Under the pieces are notes generated by a model. That model saw only the letters and a program-made list of their open reading frames with translations, searched no databases and was not told the DNA's origin. DNA of 64,000 nt from Mobula hypostoma (taxonomy: Eukaryota), in assembly GCF_963921235.1 (NCBI RefSeq), contig NC_086118.1, positions 14,262,001-14,326,000 of the forward strand, given 5' to 3'. The translations under genes and the position numbers were made by a program. Shown one piece after another: positions 12,273 to 23,479 of the stretch; the stretch's first letter is position 1; each line of letters begins with the position of its first letter.

Positions 12273-13910
12273 AATAAGACCAAAGATGATAAGATATAGG
12301 AATAGAATTGGGCCAATTAGCATATCGAGTCTAGTCTGCCATTTCATCATGTTTGATCCAATCTTCCTATCAGCTCCAATCTCCTGCCTTCTCTCTTTAT
12401 TGCTTCATGTCCTGGCCAGTCAAGGATCTATCAACCTCTGCCTTAAATATACATAAAGATTTGGCCTCCACAGCTGCCTATGGCAATGAATTCCACTGAT
12501 TCACCACTCTGGCTGAAGAAATTCCTCCTCATTTCCATTCTAAAAGGACCCCCCTCTATTCTAAGGCTTTATCTTCTGGTCTTAGACCCTTCCACCAGAG
12601 GAAACATACTCTCCACACCCACTCTATCATGCCTTTCACCATTTGATCGGTTTCAATTAAGTTACCCCCACATTTTCTGAATTCTAGAGAATACAAGCCT
12701 AGAGCCATTCGTATGAAATGCTGTTCATATGACAAGCTGTTCAATCCTGGAATCATTTCTGTGAACCTCTTTGGAGCCCTCTCCATTTTCAGAATGGCCT
12801 TTCTAAGTTAAGGGGTCCAAAACTGCTCACAATACTCTGTGAGGCCTCACCATTGCTTTATAAATTCTCAACATTACATCCTTGCTTTTATATTCTAACC
12901 CTCTTCAAATGAATGCTAACATTGCATTTGCCTTCCTCACCACTGACTAAACCTGCAAATTAACCTTCAGGGAATTCCGCACATTAGTTTTTTGTATTTT
13001 CTGTCCACTTAGAAAATAGTCTACCATTTCATTTCTTGTACCAAAGTGCATGACCATACACTTCCTGACACTGTATTCCATCCTGCCACTTCTTGGCCCA
13101 TTCTCCTAATTGTCTAAGTCCTTCTGTAGCCTCTCTACCTTCTCAAAACTACCTGCCCATCTACCTATCTTTGTATTGTCTGCAAACTTTGCAACATAGT
13201 TTTCAATTCTGTCATCCAAATCATTGACATATAACATAAAAAGAATCAGTTCCAACACAGATCCCTGTGGAACATCATTGGTTGCCAGCAGCAAAGCAGA
13301 AAAGGCTCCCTTTATTCCCACTCTTTGCCTCCTGCCACTGCTTTATCCATGCTAGAATCTTTTCTGTGCTACCGCAGGCTTGTAACTTCTTAACCAGCCT
13401 CATATGTGGCACCTTGTCAAAGGCCTTCTGAAAATCCAAGTACACAACATCAACTGATTCTCCTTTGTCTATCCTGCTTGTTATCTCTTCAAAGAACTCC
13501 AGCAGGTTGGTCAGGCAAGATTTTTCCTTGAGGCAGCTATGCTGACTATGGCCTACTTTATCATGTTCCTCCAAGTACTCCAAAACCATATCCTTAAAAA
13601 TCAACTCAAACATCTTCCCAACCATTAAAGTCAGACCTTATGCCTTTATCCCTTCATGAAGAGTGGAGTGTCATTTGCAATTTTCCAGTCTTCCAGAACC
13701 ATTCCAGAATCTAGGGATTCTTGAAAGATCAGTACTAATGCCTCCACATTCTCTTCAGCCACCTCTTTCAGAAACCTGAGATGAAATACCATCTGGTCCA
13801 GGTGACTTATCTACCTTCAGACCTTTCAATTTCCTCTTTAATATTATTGACAAGCTTATGTTTGCATTCCATCTTTACCTTCTTAATGACTTTTTAGTGG
13901 CCTTTATCCT
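12273..13910 (-). mobile_element. CR1 LINE, 5'-truncated, degraded
   Basis: ORF fragments SCLTNLLEFFE...VDVVYLDFQKAFDKVPH, VPQGSVL...KFADNTK and LGLYSLEFR. Confidence 0.92.
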
Positions 13911-14224
13911 TTATAAATCAGAAGTCCTCTGTGAGTTTTAAATGGGTTTTAAGAATTATTTGTCTAATTTCAAATGTGTAAGCTACTTTATTAGCTGAAA
14001 GTATCTTCTACTTGGTATTGAGGAGGAACCCACCACTCAAATCGTGGGTATTGGCAGCTAGCCCTCCCTGCAGAGACTAGACAGGGAAGTAAGCTGTTCT
14101 TTGAAGAGTGGTTTGATGCAATACAACTTCCCAATAATGAGGGTACCCATAGATACCCTAATCGGATAGAGCTGAAAATATTCTTTAGAGGTAAGGGTTT
14201 GCAGACAGTGAATCACATAGCATC

Positions 14225-14365
14225 ATACAGCCACCTAGAGGAAAGCCATGTGGTCACAGAATGAAGTGAACAACTCCTTACAGGTAGTAATGGGAATCGA
14301 ACCCTGACCCGTGTTTGCTGGTGCTGGAATAGCATTATGCCAACTATTATGCTACATTGCCACCC
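14225..14365 (-). mobile_element. HE1/V-SINE-like fragment
   Basis: gaggaaagccatgtggtcacag...caactccttacag...gggaatcgaacc (reverse-complement B-box GGTTCGATTCCC); recognised from memory of shark/ray SINEs. Confidence 0.6.
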
Positions 14366-14514
14366 GTTTTTATTTAAAATTTTCTTCTTTTACTCCTTTC
14401 AACTTCTGTGTCTTGGTGCTGCAATGCAGACTTTGGAACAGGCCTGGAGGTCAGTTGGTAATGAGCTGGTGTGCTGCACAGACGCTGGATTCAACCTCTA
14501 TGTTTAGCGACAGT

Positions 14515-15205
14515 GGAGGCTACCCAGATGGAATATAATGTGTTGTTCCTCCAACCTGCGTGTGGCCTCATCATGACAGGAGGGGACGCTATGGATAGAC
14601 ATATCAGAATAAGAATGGGAAGTGGAATTAAAATGGGTAGCTATGGGAAATCCTGCTTTTTCTGCAGACGGAGCATAGGTGCTCGGCGAAGTGGTCTCCC
14701 AATCTATGTCAGGTCTCAGCAATGTACAGAAGTAGGTATTCTCCAACCTGATGGCATGAACAGCCATTTCTTGAATTTCCAGTAATGCCCCCCCCCTTCA
14801 CCATTCCCCATCCCCTTTTCCCTCTCTCACCTTATCTCCTTGCCTGCTCATCGCCTCCCTCTGGTGCTCCTCCCCCACTTTTCTTTCTTCCTTGGCGTTC
14901 TGCCCTCTCCCATTAGATTCCCCCTTCTCCAGTCCTGTACCTCTTTCACCGATCAATCTCCCATCACTTTACTTAGCAACCCCCACCCCCACCCCGGTTT
15001 CACCTGTCACCTTATGTTTCTCCCTCCCCTCCCCCCAACTTTTAACTCTACTCCTCATCTTTTTTTCTCCAATCCTGCTGAAGGGTCTCAGCTGGAAACG
15101 TTGACTGTACTCTTTTACATAGATGCTGTCTGGCCTGCTGCGCTTCTCCAGCATTTTGTATGTGTTGCTTGGATTTCTAGCATCTGCAGATTTTCTCTTG
15201 ATTGT
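14515..15205 (+). mobile_element. Penelope-like fragment: inverted GIY-YIG piece (14515-14730, minus) plus pLTR (plus) with decayed hammerhead at about 15071-15108
   Basis: Minus ORF reads ATHFNSTSHSYSDMSIH...RLEEQHIIFHLGSL. Plus pLTR carries cctgctgaagggtctcagctggaaacgttgactg and the tail. Confidence 0.85.
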
Positions 15206-15261
15206 GATCTGTCTCACTCCTTTTTGTCTCCATGTCACTGTCTGAGATTCTGCTAACAACA

Positions 15262-16325
15262 GTTGTGTCACTGGCAAATTTATAGATGATGCTTGAGCTG
15301 TGCCTGGTCACAGAGTCATGGGTGTAGGGCAGGGGTCCCCAACAATTTTTGCACCACGGACCATTTTAATATTGACAATATTCTTGCGGACCGGCAGACC
15401 CGGGGGGCGGTGGGGTGTTAATCACAACCAGAATATAGATGATAAGTCAACTATAAGTCACGTATAAGTGGCTAATACACTCAATTTCTTTTCTAAACGG
15501 GGTTTATCTAATGAATTTAATATTAAACACACAGCACATATTTTCCTCGCATGAATATAGTGATAAGTCAATAAGTCACTTATAAGCCAATAGCATCATA
15601 ACATTTTAAGCAACATTTGGATATTAAATACACAGCACATATTTTCCCCGTATGAACATATAAAATCTTTGTAACACACCAATATCGCTGAATCAGTGGG
15701 AGCCCTGGGCTTGTTTCCCTGCAACAAGATGGTCCCATCGAGGGATGACTCAAAGGGGGTTCCTTATGTCCAGTCTATTCCACAATTTAGTTTTCATTGC
15801 ATTCATTGCAGAAAACCCGGCTTCGCAGAGAGATGATGTTAGAAACGGAAGCAACGTTTTCAGTGCTTTCGTGGCTATCTCAGTATATCCAGCCTTGACT
15901 TTGATCCGGAATGCCAGCAGAGATGTTATATCAAACATACTTTTCAGCCCACTAACATTTGCAAGCTTGAGGAGCTGATCTTTTTCCCGTGCTGATATGG
16001 ATGATTCACCAGGGACATTCACAAATGGGTCACGGACCCATTCCTTTGCACGTCTTGGGTCACTGATGACCTCGCGTGCGTTCAAGTTCAACAGTGTGCG
16101 TGACAGGGAATGAGGAAAGGTGCAGCTGACTCATATCATTTCATATCACCAAATCATATCGTTTCCTCGCGGCCCGGTAGCACATGCTTTGCGGCCCGCT
16201 GGGGACCGCTGGCGTAGAGAGAGTAGAGCAGCAGGTCAAGCATGCATCCGCGAGCCGCACTAATGTTGATTGTCAGCAAGGAGGGTATCTTATTTCTAAT
16301 CCGTAATGATTGTGTTCTCCAATTC
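15262..16325 (-). mobile_element. Rex1 RT fragment split by a hAT insertion
   Basis: Joining 15262-15329 to 16220-16325 gives a minus-strand LLYSLYTHD...IYKFA-like segment. Confidence 0.65.
15330..16211 (-). mobile_element. hAT (Charlie-like) non-autonomous DNA transposon
   Basis: TIRs caggggtccccaac / gctggggaccgctg; degenerate 8-bp TSD gtgtaggg/gcgtagag. ORF 15750-16091 encodes a hAT C-terminal dimerization domain (KALKTLLPFLTSSLCEAGFSAM...KTKLWNRLDI). Confidence 0.9.
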
Positions 16326-18794
16326 ATGTGAATATTCTTTTATTGCCTGACTCCATATATTATTAATTAACATACAACGCTTTATTTTTGTTTTTAAGTT
16401 GTCTTTAAATCTAACTGATTTTAAGTATTTTTATTTGAATTGTTTTTAAACATGCATAGGTAGACATAGTGAAAATGTATTTGATAGTCAGAAATCCACA
16501 GGTACTGCAGCAGGTAAAATTAGAATGAATGTGAAGCAGACTGCAGATGATGGGTTGGAATGAACAGGAACAAGACCATTCTAGTCCAGTCTAACTATTG
16601 GTACCACCCATTCCTTTCCTTATTCACCCTGTTCCATTTAATTGCAGGGACCCAGGTGCAAAATCATCCCATATGGAATGTTGGATAAAAAAGGTAGAAA
16701 ACAATAATTGTGATCACCCTAGCCCAAAGCCAAAATGCATCAAAACATCATGAAAAGAAAATGCTGGAGAAATCTCGTAGGTGTATGGTTCTGCTTGCAG
16801 GTTCAAACAGTTCTGTAACCTCAGGGATTTCAACAGCATAATTTTCCAAGCCTGCAGTTAGATAAAAACATGAACAAATGCCGTGCATTCACTCACAGTG
16901 CCAACTTTTAATAGATCATGATTTCTGTCAAGATCAGGTCCTCGAAGCTGGCTCCAATAGGAATGTCAGGTCTGGCAGCAGTTTCTATATATGGAAAATC
17001 AATGGAGCAGTAGGGCAAACACTAATAAATCTCATTCTCCAGCAGCTGTTTGACCTCCAGTTTCCTGATCCACATGTCTGGAATTTGATTGATTAAAAGA
17101 TTTAGGTCAAAACTTACTTTGTGTTTCATGACAACTTTGCAAGAGAAATGATTCCTTGCAATAAAGCCATCTGTTTTCTTTGTACAATGGCAGTGTGGAG
17201 TCATGTTTTGGGTAATTAATGGAGCTGCAGATAGATTTGTTTACTTTACCAACTGGTCTTTAAAAATACAATATCTGATATCAAAGCAATAAACCCTGAA
17301 TCTGGAAATTACACAGTGCAATTGCAATTGTCAGTCTAGATCAGTGGCTGCCTTCCTTGTCTCTCCAGGAGTTGGGCACACAGTCTATTTTGAGGTTGCA
17401 GTATAATATTATTGAAACAACAAATATGCTGCTAGAGGATCTCAGTGGGTCGACCTTCATCTGTGTGGGGAGAGGAATTATCATTGTTTCAGGTCAAAAC
17501 CCTGCACCCGTAAGTCCTGGTGTGGTTCCCAATTGGAACTGTGTCTTTGAGGTGATTTACCCTTTTTTATATCATTCAGCTTCTTATCAGGACAGAGCAT
17601 TGGAGAGGTGACATAAATAAGTTTTAAAGATAATTATTCATGCTTCAGAAACTTGTTCACGTCTTGCACAACTTAATAGTTTGGGGTTCAAAATGAATGT
17701 ATTATCATCTCAGTTTTCAGAATGACACCAGGGGAGCACTTCTGTGCAAGAAGTGAAGTCTTGAGAATAGTTCAGTACATTAAAAACATATTTTCTCTAG
17801 ACTCTGGCTTCCAAGATTAAAAGTACGAGGTCCTCCGATGATCATTAATTCAAGCATTTTATCTCCTTGGAGCTGCCTTGGGGCTATTTCTTGTATAGCC
17901 TGGAGGATTAGATTCTTTTTCTGCTACTTTAAAGGCAGAGATTTTCATCATTCGGTGAATGATTTCACTTTTGTTCCAAGCAGAGGTCTCTGTATGAAAG
18001 GGGAAGTGCAGCATAATGGTTTACTTGTAGTTCAGGCATAAGCTCCAGCAGGGCACCCTAAATAAAAACAGCCGGACTCCAGTATCTCTTTATAATGATA
18101 TCCATCTGCTGTAAGCCTACTGGTTGTCTTGTTTATTCTGCTGCACGTTTGAGTTCAGCTGGTTCTTTCAACAAGGCTGAGATCCTGATTTGGTTTGATC
18201 CGAATGTCATGGAATAACAGACATCTCAAATCTTATCAAATATTTCGATGCGGTTGAGCTGTGTAATCAGGCCCTGGGATCAACAAGGTGCCAGTGGTAG
18301 ATCAATCTACAATTCATTTATTTGTGAGGTTCCTTTACAAGGAGAGATGTCTTTTTCAGTTGTAATTGGGACATGGGCCAAAAATGCTTCTCTTAGTTTG
18401 TAGATCAAATGTGAATGTTAGATTCTATCAATCCTCATGGCAGCAGTAAGAAAGATTCTGATGACTTCAACACTTTGGCCTTTTCATGGTATGAGTGTTA
18501 TGATTTCAAACTTGACTAGCATTCCAATATTGCTGCAGATGTGCTGGACAAATATATTACTGTATATTTGCTCTACACAGGGGAGCACAAAAAGGATAAT
18601 TATCAAAATGTTAATTTTTAATTAGTTTATCTTTGGATTTCTCTCATTTAGATCTATTTTATTTCACATTTTCATCTAGGCACACCATCCAATGGATTAT
18701 CAGGTGAGGATATTGGAGGAGATTATTCATATTTCTGTGTTTGGTTCTACTGGGTTCCCTCTAACAGTTAACATCGGAAAAAACTGAATTACAC

Positions 18795-18798
<4 letters not shown>

Positions 18799-18834
<36 letters not shown>
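18799..18834. repeat. (TA)n microsatellite
   Basis: Direct observation. Confidence 0.98.
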
Positions 18835-18839
<5 letters not shown>

Positions 18840-19030
18840 AAGTTAAAATAAGTATTGCATTAACAAAAGAGTTTAAAAAAATAGTGAGGTTGTGTTCATG
18901 GGCTCAATGTCCATTCAGAAATTGGATGGCAGAGGGGAAGAAGCTCTCCCTGAATCACTGAGTGTGTGTCCTTAGGCTCCTATGCCTCCTTCTTGACGGG
19001 AACAATGAGAAGAGGGCACGTTCTGAGTTC
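18835..19030 (-). mobile_element. Rex1/Babar LINE 3' fragment
   Basis: Minus-strand RALFSLFPSRRRHRSLRTHT; near-collinear with 39180-39320. Confidence 0.7.
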
Positions 19031-20430
19031 AGGAGGCACAAGTGAATTGACTGCATGCATTTTATAGTCAAACCATAGAAGCTCTTCTTTGTAAGAGGGG
19101 CAGACTTAGAAGTTATTCCCACTTGGGAAAGCATATCCATCTGGTGATGAATGGTTGACAAATGCACATCTGTGCTGGGTGCTCCCACTGCAAAATTCCA
19201 TGGTGCATTACGCTTATTGGATTTTCTGGAACAGCATCTGATTTGCCCAGTTTGTAAAGATAAAAGCCCTTCCTCCTCATCCCACCGCAGGACTTGGAAG
19301 CTAGGGTTGAGAGAGGACTTGGTTGGCTCAATGGAGGGATGCAATTTCCGCCAAGGATGTATTGGCACCTGGAGTTGGGAGTTGGCGCTGTGGTGCGTTT
19401 AGAAATTGTCTGGGGAATTGTCACCACCATCATTGGCTGATGGCGATCAGTTTGCGAGTTGGGTCAGATATGAACTTAGGTATGGTTCAAGTGCTGACAT
19501 ACTCAAAGGATACCCACATCGATGGTTAAAGAGCACTTAAAAGGGAAATGTCAATAAGTTCTTCCAAGTTGCAGATGTGACAACCGGTTAGGTAGGTTCA
19601 CTTTATATCTCACCAAGGCAGTGTGAAGGCTTATCAGTATATGTGTGGTCTTCATTATTCATGGGCAATGTCGTCACAAATACATCAGATAGAAATGACG
19701 CCAAAATGGGTACTGACAGATATCTTAGTTGAGTGTGAACTGTGCAGGCATGACTGAACTCTATGACCATTCAGGCTTGATAACATTTCTAAGCAAAGAT
19801 GAAAGTACTGATAACCCATAATCTCTCAGGTTAAACATTGAACATACCTGCTATTTGGGTGATTGTAAACTATCCTTTAGGTCTTTTGGAAGAGCAGTAA
19901 ATACTCCAAGTGTCCACTGCAATATACCTCGAACATCTAACAGCATAGAAACACAATATTTCTCTATTCAGTTTACTACTAATGATAAGAACTGACATGC
20001 ACATTTGCCAAAGTAAAATCAATTATATTGGAAGTACTTTATTGCTTGTGAAAGTTTGGTTATTCTACATAATGGAGGATACAACATAAAAATACTTCCT
20101 CTATAAAAAATAAGGTATATTTAGCTAAAACAAAGTAAGGTTTACATTTTATAGGTTAATTGAGTCTAATAGCCATTCTCTCTTCATGGAACTAATTTGG
20201 CTGAACCATGCTGTTGAATGCATTCTCAGACATCCCACCCTGCAAAAACTCATTTCAGGGAGGTAGTACCATCAATTTGCGGGAGACTTCTGGAACTTGC
20301 AGGAGACTCCTGGAACTTCCAGGAGAGGTGGGATATCTGCAATAGAGTAGCTCCTTAGCAGTTAGCCAGATAGTTTAAATAACATTGGCTATACTAATGA
20401 ACGAATGACACCTGTTAAACTTACCTCAAC

Positions 20431-20613
20431 ATGTTTAAAAGGAAGTTAGATATGGCCCTTGTGGCTACAGGGGTCACGGGGTATGGAGGGAAGGCTGGGT
20501 TCTGAGTTGGATGATCAGCCATGATCATAATAAATGGCGGTGCAGGCTCGAAGGGCCGAATGGCCTACTCCTGCACCTATTTTCTATGTTTCTATGTTTC
20601 TATGTTTCTATGT
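20431..20613 (+). mobile_element. CR1 3' end nested in the hAT-like element
   Basis: ggatgatcagccatgatc...gggccgaatggcctactcctgcacc followed by a (TTCTATGT)n tail; atgt repeated at both junctions. Confidence 0.9.
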
Positions 20614-20786
20614 CTTTTCCAGTCTTAACCCACCATGAACAATAGAAAAGTCACTGTTGCAAACAGTGCAGCGAGCAACACTGTCATTATTTTTGACCCC
20701 TATTAGGCAGGGGTACACTTTAGGGTAGTCTGAGGTGACGTACGTATTATATTTTCTTTTTTTGGAACACTCTGCCATGGCGTGCA

Positions 20787-20789
<3 letters not shown>

Positions 20790-20838
<49 letters not shown>

Positions 20839-21009
20839 CGCTCTCTCGCTCGTTCGCTCTCTCGCTCGGTCGCTCTCTCGCTCGGTCGCTCTCTCGCTCG
20901 CGCTCTCTCTCACGCTCTCTCTCTTTCTCTCTCTCTCTCTTGCGCTCTCTCTCTCTCTCTCTCGCGCTCTCTCTCTCTCGTGGTCGCTCTCGCGCACTCT
21001 CTCGCTCTC
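20790..21009. repeat. Compound (CT)n/(CTCG)n microsatellite
   Basis: Direct observation; produces spurious RE/SL-repeat ORFs. Confidence 0.97.
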
Positions 21010-21119
21010 AAAAAAATTGATTTCCGGGATATTGTATATAATTTGCGGGTATCAGGGAGCCACTATTAATATGCGGGAGACACCCGGAACTTCCGGGAGA
21101 GGTGGGATGTCTGCATTCT

Positions 21120-23371
21120 TTCATTCATTTGGGACTCTCAGACCATCTGTCTCTGTCCCTGACCCCGGCATATAAACCACTTAGCTGTAGACAAAGACCA
21201 TATATGAAGACAGTCAAAGTATCGACTAAGGAGACTACCTCTGCCCTACAAGACTGCTTCAATAACACAGACTGGGAAGTTTTTGATGAAGGGGGAGATC
21301 TGGCAGGGCACACACCAGCTGTTCTTTCATATATAAACTTTTGTGCTGAGAATGTCATGGACACAAAGTCTGTTAAGGTGTTCCCCAACCAAAAACCTTG
21401 GTTCAATAGCATGGTGAGGATCTTGCTAAGAACACGGGATGCTGCTTTTAAATCTGGGGATCTACAGGCCTATGGGCAGGCAAGAAGAGCCCTGAAAAGT
21501 GGCATCAGAGAGGCCAAGCGCAGATATAAACAGCGTATAGAGGAGCACTTCACCAATAACAACTCCAGATGTATGTGGCAGGGGATAAAGACCCTTACTG
21601 GCTACAAGGACAGCTATACAGTCACAAACTCCTCAGATAGGACACTGCCAGACACTCTGAACCAGTTCTTTTCTCGCTTTGACAGTCAGAATGGAGAAGT
21701 TGGCATCCAGTCAGCACTAACAGAGAAGGATGACCCGATACAATTACACCAACACCAGGTCAGATCCGCCTGCGCGGAGTCAATGCGAGGAAAGCAGCCA
21801 GCCCAGATGGAGTCACCGGAAGGATTCTTAAGGACTGCGCAGATCAACTAGCGGGAGTATTTTCTACCATCTTCAACCTCTCGCTACTACAGTCTGTAGT
21901 CCCCACCTGCATTAAGTCAGCCACAATAATACCCATACCAAAGAAAAGTACAGTGAACTGCCTTAATGACTATCGCCCAGTTGCTCTAACTCCTACCATC
22001 ATGAAATGTTTTGAGGGACTCATACTGTCTTGTACTAAGTCTGCCATACCTGCTGACCTTGATAAATACCAGTTTGCGTATCGTATAAACAGATCGACAG
22101 AGGATGCAGTCACCACAGCTCTCCACACAGCCCTTACAAACCTGGATCAGGATAACACCTATGTAAGAATGCTGTTTGTGGACTACAGCTCAGCTGTTAA
22201 TACAGTCATCCCCTACAAACTGGTGCAGAAATTGAGCAACCTGGGCCTTGACAGCTCACTGTGCTCATGGATACTGGATTTTCTGAGTAACAGACCCCAA
22301 AGTGTCAGGATGGGAGAACACACATCATCTACTCTCACCCTGAACACCGGTACAACACAGGGGTGTGTTCTCAGCCCCATCCTCTATTCTCTTTTCACCC
22401 GTGACTGCTCTACCATTCACCCCACCAACACCATTGACAAATTTGCTGATGATACCACCCTAATGGGTATCATATCAGACTGTGATGAGACAGCCTATAG
22501 GGAGGAGGTACAGCATTTGACAGAATGGTGTTGTCATAATAACCTGGACTTGAACATCACAAAAACCAAGGAGCTGATAGTAGACTTCAGGAAATCAAAG
22601 CACGTCAAGCACTCTGCTCTGCACATATATGGGAAAGAGGTGGAGAGAGTAGAGAGTTTCAAGTTCCTCGGTGTCCACATCTCGGCTGACCTCACCTGGA
22701 CTGCCCATATCTCTTATCAGGTGGGGAAGGCCCAACAGAGGCTCTACTTCCTAAGGAAGCTAAAGCACGCTCTCCTCCCTCATCACCTGCTGATCAACTT
22801 CTATCGGACAACTATAGAGAGCCTCCTGACGTATTGCTGTGCAGTGTGTTTTGCCAGCTGCACAGAACAGAACAGGAAGGACTCGCAGCGGGTGGTGAGG
22901 TTAGCAGAGCGGGTTATTGGCACAACATTACCCTCCCTCAGAGACAATTATACTGGCAGACTTCAAAAGAAGGCTACTTGTATTTCAAAGGATCCCACTC
23001 ATCCTGGATATCACCTGTTTTCCCCTCTACCTTCTGGGAAGAGATACAGAGCATTAAGGACGAAAACAAAGAGACTCCTTAACAGCTTCTACCCACAAGC
23101 AGTGAAATGTATAACACTCCCTTCCCTTCTCCTGCCTCCCTCCTAAGACGGCGGCAGCTAAATGCATCACAGTTCCAGGAATGGCAGGTGTGCAATAGTC
23201 CTACACCCCCATCCATATATTATTAATTTTGGACTGCACTCCTGAGGTTTTAGAGTTTATTTTATGTATATATTCTTTGTCGTGCTGCAAAACATTGAGC
23301 TGCTAAACTGTGTTTCATTGGTCCACAACAATGACAATAAAGATATTCTTATTCTTATTCTTATTATTCTT
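21120..23371 (+). mobile_element. Rex1/Babar LINE, 5'-truncated, young
   Basis: ORF 21102-21851 (HLGLSDH, VFPNQKPW) and ORF 21953-23146 ([30 protein letters not shown]) are separated by a frameshift near 21770; AATAAA then an (ATTCTT)n tail at 23345-23371. Confidence 0.95.
21953..23146 (+). pseudogene. Non-LTR retrotransposon reverse transcriptase (Rex1/Babar), open 397-aa segment
   Basis: RT motifs listed for the parent element. Confidence 0.9.
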
Positions 23372-23479
23372 AATGATCACTGGAGGGCAAGAACCTGAAA
23401 GAATAATTTGTGTGGCTAGTCATTAGATCAATGTTTACAAAATATTGAGATTACATTCCATTCGAAGAACAATATGATT

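Larger units (their letters stand above)
20227..21113 (-). mobile_element. Non-autonomous hAT-like DNA transposon with BED-finger remnant and 6-bp TSD
   Basis: Perfect 13-bp TIR cagacatcccacc (20227-20239) / ggtgggatgtctg (21101-21113); TSD cattct at 20221-20226 and 21114-21119. Minus-strand MAECSKKRKY...ARCTVCNSDFSIVHGG is BED zinc-finger-like. Confidence 0.8.

Noticed and set aside
15750..16091. Domesticated hAT gene (ZBED5/SCAND3-like)
   Set aside because: Only a C-terminal fragment, flanked by TIRs and a TSD, so a transposon derivative.
16897..16984. Minus-strand exon candidate ending at a GTGAGT donor
   Set aside because: Stop codons in all three frames from the nearest acceptor.
20608..21175. 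RE-rich and SL-rich ORFs
   Set aside because: Microsatellite translations; only the BED-like part is meaningful.
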